The notes under the pieces: generated by a model
Database searches by the model: none
What the model saw: only the letters and a program-made list of their open reading frames with translations
What the model was told of the DNA's origin: nothing
Source: an uncultured virus (IMG/VR IMGVR_UViG_3300032116_000129)
Lineage: Duplodnaviria > Heunggongvirae > Uroviricota > Caudoviricetes
DNA: 64,000 nucleotides
Reading direction: 5' to 3' (one strand)
IMG/VR virus record: IMGVR_UViG_3300032116_000129
Shown: positions 38,026 to 46,145 of the stretch, one piece after another
Numbering within the stretch: position 1 is the first letter of the stretch
How the letters are laid out: each line of letters starts with the position of its first letter
Translations under genes and position numbers: made by a program

Positions 38026-40599
38026 TTAAGTTATAGTTAAGTTATATGATATCGTTAATGGATTACCTCCGGGTAATGATTGTATAAATTTAGTTCTATA
38101 CACTTTATATGACCCGACAGTTACAACAGCGTTCCAGTTACCTGAAATTACAGATGTAGTACCAACTCTAATATCCGTAATAGTTCTAGCCGAATCGACT
38201 ACAAGGTAATAGTACTTATCAGCCCCTGAGTGTGTAAACGACACGGACGGAGATCCATTTGCAATTCCAGTGCCTTTATAAATTGTTCCTATAGACCCTC
38301 CTAATGTAGTGTCCCACAATGCTAGATTATCTAAATCAGCTTGAGTTAACGAAGCAGCTGTATAAGCTCCTGCACGTAAACTGCGAATTTTAGTGTAAGT
38401 AGTAGCCGAATTTCCTGTATTTGTTATAACTGAACTATGCAATACCCCTGAGTTGTAATTAGCAAAAGCGTTAAACGTAATATTAGACGATCCAGTTGCA
38501 GAACCTGTTACAAAAAATGTTGATGTATTTTGCGTTCCATTAGCATTTGCAAATAATGGTACTGCAGTAGCTCCAATTGAACCAGACCCTCTAAAATTAG
38601 TTATAGTCCATCGATTTGCAGATCCTGTCGACATAGTTACAGATATACTGCCAGTTGCTCCTTGCTCAATTTGACTCGAAGCAGCATTTAATTGAACTGT
38701 TGGAGTAGCCGATATAGTCGATACTGCAGGAGCTACTTTATTTAACGTACCTGCTACAGTATGAAATGATGAAGTAACTACTCCATCTAACGGACTACTA
38801 GAAGTCAATTCAAATCTATACGTATGAGATCCTATAGATGATGTTGAATGTGCTAATGGAGATCCTACGCCTGTCTGAGCTAGTAATGTATTTCCTTCAA
38901 ATATAGAAGCGCTAATTAATGTGTATCCATTAATATTCCAAGTGCTAGTAACTGTAAACTCATCTAATTCTAAATCAAAACGATCGGTGTTAAAAGTATT
39001 ATTAAATGATATTACTTGATTGCTAGCAGTTGTCGGAGTACCAAATATAAATTTTAATCGACCATTAGTAAATGTCACAGCTACGTTATCTGAAAAGTCG
39101 GCTACTTCAATACCTGTTAACGATTGAATGCTATTAGTTACGTATTGAATGGCCGCTGACGATGCAAAAGATGCTGTTGTAGCAAACGACGAAGATGTTG
39201 ATATCGATGCGGTTACTGCAAAACTACTAGTTAAATTTTGTATTGTAGTTTCATTTATACGAGCGTATCTAGCATCTGCAGCTGTTTGATCTAAAGGAGC
39301 AATTTGATACCAAACTCCGACTGATCCTGAATCGTATACATACGAAGTACCATTTTTTGATGCAATAGGATCTTCCGATACAATCCAAACAGTGCCTTCT
39401 GCTAATCCTCCAGTAGCATAAGAAGCTAGCGATGCAGAAGTACCAGTTAATACAGCTGCTAAAGAAACTGCGACGTTGCCAGTGACTGGGTCAGGAGCAT
39501 TTCCATTTACCGTACGCAACTTAGATGACACGGTCATTCCTGAAACTGAAATTCCTTCGCCTGCTGTGATTGATACAAAGTCAGCTGTTTGTGCACTAGT
39601 AGCAAACGATGCCGAATTAACAGTCATTGAACTTGTTTGTGAAGTAAGCACATATGGTGCTAAATACCCTGGCATTTCATTTGCAGGAACGTAGCTTGAA
39701 GTAGCTGCAGTTAAACTATCGACTTCAGATTGAATAGAACCCGTAAATACATTTACTGTTTCAAATTGACTAGCAACTGAAGAAGTATAATCATTAAACG
39801 AAGACGTTGCTACTAATGCAGAAGTGTCAATTTCTGGAATATTAAGTGCATACGAAGCTGTATCAGCATACGAGCTACTTAATACAGACATTGAAGCTGT
39901 AATACTGTTAGTAACGTAACTTGATGTAGCAGTCGTTAAGCTACTTACTTGAGATTGTATTGATGAAGTAAATGTATTAAATGAACTAGTTACTACAAAA
40001 CTACCAGTTTCAATTACTGGAGCGTTAAGTGCATACGATGCAGTTAGTGCATATGAAGCGGACCCAAGCAACGAGCCTGTTATTCCTGACGTAACTTGAA
40101 GACTGCCTGTTAATTGTAAACTTGCAGTTACCTTTAAATTTTCAGAATCTAAAAATGTAAGACCTAACCCAACTGGTCCTTGTGGTCCTGTAGCTCCGGT
40201 AGCTCCCGCCGGTCCTTGAATACCCTCAGGTCCTATCGGGCCCATGGGTCCAGGCTCTCCTGCTATTCCTTGTGAACCAATAGGACCTTGTTCTCCTTGC
40301 GGTCCTTGAATACCTTGAACACCTTGTGGCCCTTGACTACCAGACGGTCCTTGAGATCCTGAAGGTCCTACTGGACCGACATCTCCTTTAGGCCCTAACA
40401 ATCCAGTTTTAACTTCAACAACTTCTATAGCACCAGACTCTAACTGTATTGGTTGAGTACGAATTACTTCCACTTCAACAATGTTAGTAACTTGATTGAT
40501 AACGTTAACAGTATTATTATCAGTATCAATTACATTAACATTGGTGTTGTTAGTGTTAACTGTAATATTATGCTCGTCTGTTTGAATTTGTTGTGACAT
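38026..40599 (-). CDS. Collagen-like fibre protein (857 aa)
   Basis: Long G-P-X tract near the N-terminus, TASYA repeats, beta-rich C-half. Confidence 0.72.
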   Translation of the reverse strand: MSQQIQTDEHNITVNTNNTNVNVIDTDNNTVNVINQVTNIVEVEVIRTQPIQLESGAIEVVEVKTGLLGPKGDVGPVGPSGSQGPSGSQGPQGVQGIQGPQGEQGPIGSQGIAGEPGPMGPIGPEGIQGPAGATGATGPQGPVGLGLTFLDSENLKVTASLQLTGSLQVTSGITGSLLGSASYALTASYALNAPVIETGSFVVTSSFNTFTSSIQSQVSSLTTATSSYVTNSITASMSVLSSSYADTASYALNIPEIDTSALVATSSFNDYTSSVASQFETVNVFTGSIQSEVDSLTAATSSYVPANEMPGYLAPYVLTSQTSSMTVNSASFATSAQTADFVSITAGEGISVSGMTVSSKLRTVNGNAPDPVTGNVAVSLAAVLTGTSASLASYATGGLAEGTVWIVSEDPIASKNGTSYVYDSGSVGVWYQIAPLDQTAADARYARINETTIQNLTSSFAVTASISTSSSFATTASFASSAAIQYVTNSIQSLTGIEVADFSDNVAVTFTNGRLKFIFGTPTTASNQVISFNNTFNTDRFDLELDEFTVTSTWNINGYTLISASIFEGNTLLAQTGVGSPLAHSTSSIGSHTYRFELTSSSPLDGVVTSSFHTVAGTLNKVAPAVSTISATPTVQLNAASSQIEQGATGSISVTMSTGSANRWTITNFRGSGSIGATAVPLFANANGTQNTSTFFVTGSATGSSNITFNAFANYNSGVLHSSVITNTGNSATTYTKIRSLRAGAYTAASLTQADLDNLALWDTTLGGSIGTIYKGTGIANGSPSVSFTHSGADKYYYLVVDSARTITDIRVGTTSVISGNWNAVVTVGSYKVYRTKFIQSLPGGNPLTISYNLTIT

Positions 40600-40625
40600 G
40601 TACTGTTTAGTAGAATATTCTCTTT

Positions 40626-40634
40626 AATAAATAT
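40626..40634 (-). promoter_or_regulatory. Putative late promoter ATATTTATT
   Basis: Upstream of ATG 40599. Confidence 0.6.
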
Positions 40635-40657
40635 CCAATTAAAACATAGTTTGATTT

Positions 40658-41539
40658 TTACGCTATCTGAGTTAATGTAGCAATTACTGAAGGCACTACT
40701 GGAATTGCTACTGGACTCGTCCTTGCTGCACGCGCTACCATTGAAATGTCATTACCTGTAGGAGCTACTAAAATTTCAATGTAACTTCCTGATGATAATT
40801 GAGTTACAAAATTCCAAGCAGCTACTAAACGTTCTTGTTTAGCTAACGTTATATCTGTTGCTGAATTAGCTACATTACTTCCTGTAATTCTAAACCAAAT
40901 AGCAATATCATCAGTTGTGTTGCCGTCATGATAAAATTGCGAAGAAAATTGTAAATTATACAATCCAGTATGAGCAACAGTTATACGAGTATTATTTTCT
41001 ACTGAAATTCCAGAAGCTATGTCAGTCGTGTCATACGACATTGAATATATTTGATTAGCTACGGTCATTGGCTGTGTGATAGTACTTGAAAATGCTCCGT
41101 AATTAAATAATTTATTACCCCATAAATAAATTGAAGAGCCACTGATTACGTTTAAATTTCCTTGAATATTAGTGTTGCCTAAAAAGTTACTTGATCCAGT
41201 AACAGTGAATGAGCTGTTATGGAAGTTTGACGATCCACTTACCTCTATACTACCACTTAATGTAGTATTTCCAATTAAAGTATTATTACCAGTTTGTAAA
41301 GTAGATCCTGATACACTAAATGATCCAGTTATAGTATTACTACCAAGTTGAATAAATGAAGCGGATAAATTTAACGAGCCTGATAATTGTAAGCTACTAG
41401 TCGTTCTCCATGCTCCACTTCCTAAATTACTAAACGGTATAGAAGGTCCTTGAATGCCTTGAATACCTTGCGGACCAGTATCTCCCTGCGGACCAGTTAA
41501 TCCAGGAAGTCCAACTGAACTAATAATTACTGTTGCCAT
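40658..41539 (-). CDS. Short collagen-containing fibre with C1q/BclA-like C-terminal domain
   Basis: GPQG repeats, xSGS repeats, YGAFSST...ITVAHTGLYNLQFSSQ...YIEI pattern. Confidence 0.65.
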   Translation of the reverse strand: MATVIISSVGLPGLTGPQGDTGPQGIQGIQGPSIPFSNLGSGAWRTTSSLQLSGSLNLSASFIQLGSNTITGSFSVSGSTLQTGNNTLIGNTTLSGSIEVSGSSNFHNSSFTVTGSSNFLGNTNIQGNLNVISGSSIYLWGNKLFNYGAFSSTITQPMTVANQIYSMSYDTTDIASGISVENNTRITVAHTGLYNLQFSSQFYHDGNTTDDIAIWFRITGSNVANSATDITLAKQERLVAAWNFVTQLSSGSYIEILVAPTGNDISMVARAARTSPVAIPVVPSVIATLTQIA

Positions 41540-41919
41540 TATCGAGTTACTTCTTTACTCAATCTAACTTTACCTTCTAATAAGCGAGCTACGAAACTGC
41601 CAGAGTAAATTTCTAAATCGTATACTGCCTCTGAAAACGTTAAAGCTGATGAAGACACTGCAGATATATACACTCCTATAGATCCAGATGCAGGTGGAGT
41701 AGATCCATTAGACCCACTAAAATTTAATCCAGTACCGTCATCAGCCCTTGAACTACTTAATTGAAGAAGTACTGTTGAGTCAGATACTGACGAGCGTATT
41801 TGCATCCGACCACTGTATTCAGATAAATTAATTGGATCGTTATTAGCGTCTTTATATTGAAGCTCTAATTGAAAAGTAGCTCCTTGTTCTATTGTAAATG
41901 AATATTTTCCTGCTGCCAT
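41539..41919 (-). CDS. Virion structural protein (BppU-N-like fibre attachment domain)
   Basis: IEQGATF...PINLSEYSGRMQIR...AVYDLEI...RLLEGKVRLSKEVTR. Confidence 0.65.
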   Translation of the reverse strand: MAAGKYSFTIEQGATFQLELQYKDANNDPINLSEYSGRMQIRSSVSDSTVLLQLSSSRADDGTGLNFSGSNGSTPPASGSIGVYISAVSSSALTFSEAVYDLEIYSGSFVARLLEGKVRLSKEVTR

Positions 41920-41930
41920 ATAAACTTTTT

Positions 41931-41939
41931 TATAAATAT
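41931..41939 (-). promoter_or_regulatory. Putative late promoter ATATTTATA
   Basis: About 11 nt upstream of ATG 41919. Confidence 0.6.
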
Positions 41940-42721
41940 TAAATACTGCCTGTTATTTCTGCTATAACGACATTTGTAATAGTAGGCAATTTATATATTA
42001 CCGGTGCCTCCGAACCTTTGGTATTGAGGATGTACGCTTTTGTACGCATAGGCATACTGGCTCTTACTACTCTATCTTCCCCAACATTATTCATATTTTC
42101 AAATTGAGGCGGGTCTATATGAGTAATAAATTTATAAGTGTCGCCAAATGCTTTACCATCAAACCACATTAATTGTTCTACAATTTCGTTTAACTGCATT
42201 GTGTTGTTAGTCCAACACATCATATCGTATTCTACGTTAACAAACTTAGGAACGTCAATTGAATAAAATTCTTTAACTGGTCTTTTAGTAGTAGCTGAAA
42301 ATCGATCGTAACGATTTTGCATAGAATACTTTTTTTCAAATGTAATTCTTGAGTCTGGGCTTTCTCGAACTTTTAAATCTTGAATGTCTTCTCTTTTAGA
42401 CACGCCATTTCGTTTAATTACAATTAAAGGAGTAAGCAGTTTACCTTGATTGTCACGCAAATAACCGTGTCGTTGTATCGACGCCCATTTTTCTCCGTTA
42501 GCAAATAGTACAGGCACTGTTACAACAGTATTTTCTTCGGTTATAGTACATCGAATTACATTTTCTAAATGCCATTTTACATTATAATCAACATCGTATA
42601 ACGATACACGAACGTCTTTTACGTTGTCAGTATCTCTGCGTATGTTAGAAAGCCCAGCTAATCGCTTAAGTTCTTCATCTGAGATAAAGCTGCTTTCTGA
42701 TCTGTCTGGTTTTTCTTTCAT
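41939..42721 (-). CDS. Tail terminator / sheath stabiliser (T4 gp15-like)
   Basis: VPVLFANGEKW...LTPLIVIKR...VPKFVNVEY...QLNEIVEQL; follows the neck genes. Confidence 0.65.
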   Translation of the reverse strand: MKEKPDRSESSFISDEELKRLAGLSNIRRDTDNVKDVRVSLYDVDYNVKWHLENVIRCTITEENTVVTVPVLFANGEKWASIQRHGYLRDNQGKLLTPLIVIKRNGVSKREDIQDLKVRESPDSRITFEKKYSMQNRYDRFSATTKRPVKEFYSIDVPKFVNVEYDMMCWTNNTMQLNEIVEQLMWFDGKAFGDTYKFITHIDPPQFENMNNVGEDRVVRASMPMRTKAYILNTKGSEAPVIYKLPTITNVVIAEITGSI

Positions 42722-43254
42722 TATATATTATTTGGTAAAATTGTATTTTTGTTACTTGCTACTGAATTTCCAAAACGAGTTTGCACAATATTAAGTTTGG
42801 ATTGACGAGTTAAATGAGCATCACATATAATTGACACGTTATAACCATGGCTATTGCCACCAAACCAACTATCTGGATCTTTACCTGCTACAAATTGATT
42901 TTCTTTAAAAGAATCAATTTCATAAAATCCAGATTTATACTCTAATACATCTCCTATTTGTGGCAATAAATCATTTTCAATTAAATCGTCACGTAGAAAT
43001 CCAAACGTTGCATTTTGCGTTAATTCCATTCCATAGTCGTCGCCTCCCCATACCTGCTCTTCCAATGTTACGATAGAATAAATTAATTTAGGAGCGGTAT
43101 ATACTTTTTTATCTGATTCGTCATAAATATTCGTTGACGTTGCATCTAAATTTAACTTGTAGAATAACACTTCAGTATCAATATACTTACGAAGCATTTC
43201 TTTGTTAACACTTCTAAACAACGACATATCTCTTGCAGATCCGAATATAGCCAT
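42721..43254 (-). CDS. Neck / head-closure protein (T4 gp14-like)
   Basis: NIYDES...PQIGDVL....FYEID; follows the gp13-like gene. Confidence 0.65.
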   Translation of the reverse strand: MAIFGSARDMSLFRSVNKEMLRKYIDTEVLFYKLNLDATSTNIYDESDKKVYTAPKLIYSIVTLEEQVWGGDDYGMELTQNATFGFLRDDLIENDLLPQIGDVLEYKSGFYEIDSFKENQFVAGKDPDSWFGGNSHGYNVSIICDAHLTRQSKLNIVQTRFGNSVASNKNTILPNNI

Positions 43255-43255
43255 A

Positions 43256-44404
43256 TTATCCTATATAAATTGGTAATGGAATTTTGTTTAATTGTGACTG
43301 CATATTATCAGCTTCTTCTGTTAATTTAGCAATCTGAGCTTGACGAGATACTGCATCTAAATTTTCTCTCATTTGAGTTATAAGAGCTTCTCTTTCTGTT
43401 TGACCTTGAGAAACTAAATCAGCTCCGTTAAGAGTTAATTCAGATCCTGGAATTGGAATCGAAGAATATTTGTTACGAATGTTTCCTAACACTTCTTTAA
43501 CCAAAGCTAATGTATATTTGAATATCCATTGCTTACCTGCAGGATTAATATACTTATAGTTATGCAATTCGTATGGTACGTTTGAAAAATCGCTAATACC
43601 ATTAGCAGAAGTGAACATTAAATTGTTTCGCTCTTCAGTAGTGATATAATTAATAAATAATTTATAATCGTATGATGGTATAGGAAATATTCTTAATTTT
43701 GTTCCATGCACTTCAAAGCTATATCCTGATCTACGAATCATATCGTTAAACTCAATAGCTTGTAAACGAATTAAATCAGCATACATTGGCATCATTAAAA
43801 ACGATACACCCGGAGAGTAACTTCCCCAGCCAAACGATTCCATCATTTGCTGCGAACCTAAACCAGTACCAACAAATGGATCAAAATATCTTACGATAGC
43901 TGGAGGAGTTTCGTGAAATATTTTTTTAATTTCTATATTCTTAGAAGCGTCACTACCAGTTTCAAAAGTAAACTCTGACATATCATATACCTGTTTGCCT
44001 GGAGTAATGTCTACTGAAGCAGATTTATAGTTTAAATATCCGCCACTACCTGCTTCTGTTCCGTAATTTTTAGCTATAGATATTAATCTACCTAATCCAG
44101 GAGTAAACGTTTTTCCAGTTAAATTAGATCCTGTAGGAGATCCTTGCAACTGAAACATGTTATCTCGTATAGAATATTGATTTACTTGATTGGAATATTC
44201 TAATATAGCTTCTTCAAAACAAGCGTAGATTTGATAACTTTGAATTTCTATGTCTTGAATTGGATATCCTAATCGTTTAGCGCACCAATCCGTTATTTTA
44301 TCAGCATCGGATTGAAACGATAAATCGTAGTCAAAGTATCCAAAGGGAGTATCCCCTGGAAAAAATGAACTTGAACCTGGATAGATTGGAATTGTTACTG
44401 CCAT
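43256..44404 (-). CDS. Neck / head-tail adaptor protein (T4 gp13-like)
   Basis: KRLGYPIQDIEI...WIFKYTLALVKEVLGNIRNKYSSIPIPGSELTLNG...IYIG. Confidence 0.8.
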   Translation of the reverse strand: MAVTIPIYPGSSSFFPGDTPFGYFDYDLSFQSDADKITDWCAKRLGYPIQDIEIQSYQIYACFEEAILEYSNQVNQYSIRDNMFQLQGSPTGSNLTGKTFTPGLGRLISIAKNYGTEAGSGGYLNYKSASVDITPGKQVYDMSEFTFETGSDASKNIEIKKIFHETPPAIVRYFDPFVGTGLGSQQMMESFGWGSYSPGVSFLMMPMYADLIRLQAIEFNDMIRRSGYSFEVHGTKLRIFPIPSYDYKLFINYITTEERNNLMFTSANGISDFSNVPYELHNYKYINPAGKQWIFKYTLALVKEVLGNIRNKYSSIPIPGSELTLNGADLVSQGQTEREALITQMRENLDAVSRQAQIAKLTEEADNMQSQLNKIPLPIYIG

Positions 44405-44438
44405 GGCATTCTTTAATAATAAATATCAAAGAATGCCA
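44404..44438 (-). promoter_or_regulatory. 11-bp hairpin covering the translation start region, with the late-promoter motif (44418-44426) in its loop
   Basis: + strand TGGCATTCTTT (44404-44414) and AAAGAATGCCA (44428-44438) are a perfect inverted repeat; loop AATAATAAATATC. Confidence 0.65.
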
Positions 44439-44459
44439 AATGACACTAACTTAAATGAC

Positions 44460-45098
44460 TTACTTAATATCGGATGATTCGATAAGAGTGTAAGTAAAGG
44501 AATTACCATGAACGGCAGAAGCTTTTCTCATAATTTCCATAAACTCGTTGAAATCTTTTGCACGCTTAAATACTTGACATCCTTCGCTCCAATTTTCTAC
44601 GTAAGTAGAATCTTCTCCAGCTTTGTGAATATTGATACCGAATACACCTTCTTGAATTTTATTTTCATCATAGGTTAAATCTTTGTTAGCATCACGATAA
44701 ACTTTAACATTAGCTTTTTGTCTTAACGCTTCGTATTTACCTTGATGTAAACCTAACATATGCGATCCACGATATTGACCTTCTACTAAACGAGCAACTC
44801 CTGCTGCATTATGATACTGCTGAACACCTTTCTTTCCAGGATCCGTAGTGCATACCCATTCTTTGTAAATCCAATTTCCATTTTCTTTATAAGAAACAGA
44901 AATGCGATCATCAAATAAATTAGTTACTGCTTGACCTGTAGCAGAATTTCTGATACCAACAATGTTTACATCATAACCTTTGTTTGCTGCGTCTTCAAAC
45001 CAAACATAACCTTTGGCCTTTACCGCTGATTCAATTTTTTCTTTTGAATAGTTCATAGTTTTAACAATTTTAAAAAATTTAAGTAGTTGATTTATCAT
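44460..45098 (-). CDS. L,D-transpeptidase (YkuD)-like cysteine enzyme, candidate peptidoglycan hydrolase; alternative start ATG 45056
   Basis: GINIHKAG...WSEGCQV (H...SxGC catalytic pattern). Confidence 0.6.
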   Translation of the reverse strand: MINQLLKFFKIVKTMNYSKEKIESAVKAKGYVWFEDAANKGYDVNIVGIRNSATGQAVTNLFDDRISVSYKENGNWIYKEWVCTTDPGKKGVQQYHNAAGVARLVEGQYRGSHMLGLHQGKYEALRQKANVKVYRDANKDLTYDENKIQEGVFGINIHKAGEDSTYVENWSEGCQVFKRAKDFNEFMEIMRKASAVHGNSFTYTLIESSDIK

Positions 45099-45104
45099 AA
45101 CTTT

Positions 45105-45788
45105 TTAATCTCTATATTCAGCATAAATGTTAAGTATTGGCTCTACAATCTCATGACGATGATTAGTTTTAAGTGTACATACACGAACACCTTTAACGTT
45201 TTCTTCTAAACGAGTAAAAAAGCTAATACCAGAATCTTTTTTATTTTTTAAATCAGTTTGACTAATGTCTCCGCAGAATACCATTTTACCGCCTTTGCCA
45301 AGACGACCTAACATCATTTCAGTTTGCCCATGAGTTATGTTTTGACACTCATCTACCAATACAAATGTATTAGGAAAGGTACGACCTCGCATAAACGCAA
45401 AAGGAACAATTTCAATATACCCTTCTGCTGCCATTTTGTCTACACCTTCTCTATTATACAGCATATACAAGTTAGCATAGATAGGAGCTAACCATGGATC
45501 CATTTTTTCTTTTAGATCACCTGGAAGAAATCCAATATCCTCTTTGGCTACTGTTGGACGAGTAATAACAATCTTTTCAATTTCTCGTTTAAAAAACATA
45601 TCTAAAGCACATTGACAGGCTAAAAGTGTTTTACCTGAACCTGCTTGACCTTTAATTAAAACAACTGGATTGTCAAAAATTAATCCTTTAGCATTTTTCT
45701 GCTCTTCATTAAGTTCTAATTTAAACTTGACAGGATTTTTCGGCTTACGCTTTTCAGTGTTTAATTTTTTTGTAACTTCATTTTCCAT
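45105..45788 (-). CDS. phoH: PhoH-family ATPase
   Basis: GQAGSGKT, ITRP, IGFLPGDLKEKMDPW, FMRGRTF, VDECQN, RLG, GDISQTDL, NHRH. Confidence 0.93.
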   Translation of the reverse strand: MENEVTKKLNTEKRKPKNPVKFKLELNEEQKNAKGLIFDNPVVLIKGQAGSGKTLLACQCALDMFFKREIEKIVITRPTVAKEDIGFLPGDLKEKMDPWLAPIYANLYMLYNREGVDKMAAEGYIEIVPFAFMRGRTFPNTFVLVDECQNITHGQTEMMLGRLGKGGKMVFCGDISQTDLKNKKDSGISFFTRLEENVKGVRVCTLKTNHRHEIVEPILNIYAEYRD

Positions 45789-45797
45789 AATTAATGT

Positions 45798-46046
45798 TTA
45801 AGAGTGATTTTCTGTCATATACTGATGTACGCTATGCACGTAGTCAGACGCTAGCGTTATATATCCTGATACCCAACCTGGCAACTCTTGCCCTTCTTGT
45901 ATCATTTGATATAATTCTGCTCCTAGCTTTACCATATCACGCAACTCACCACGTGCCATTTTAGCTTCGTGATCAGGATGTTGCATGTTAGGCAATTCTT
46001 CTTGAATTACTTCTCTAATAATGCTTCTTAACTGTTCAGTTTTCAT
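45798..46046 (-). CDS. Small protein with MKTEQLRSIIREVIQEE leader (start revised to ATG 46046)
   Basis: DHEAKMARGEL...ELPGWV..YI..A.DY domain; promoter motif at 46061-46069. Confidence 0.7.
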   Translation of the reverse strand: MKTEQLRSIIREVIQEELPNMQHPDHEAKMARGELRDMVKLGAELYQMIQEGQELPGWVSGYITLASDYVHSVHQYMTENHS

Positions 46047-46060
46047 ATTATTACCTTTAA

Positions 46061-46069
46061 TATAAATAT
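46061..46069 (-). promoter_or_regulatory. Putative late promoter ATATTTATA
   Basis: About 14 nt upstream of ATG 46046, after the capsid terminator. Confidence 0.6.
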
Positions 46070-46092
46070 CGTAACAATCCATTAATTCAGTA

Positions 46093-46118
46093 GAAAAGGG
46101 GCTTTAACACCCCTTTTC
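46093..46118 (-). terminator. Terminator after the major capsid gene
   Basis: Minus strand GAAAAGGGG-TGTTAAAG-CCCCTTTTC. Confidence 0.75.
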
Positions 46119-46145
46119 ATTTATTAAGAAATAAGATTTAGACTA

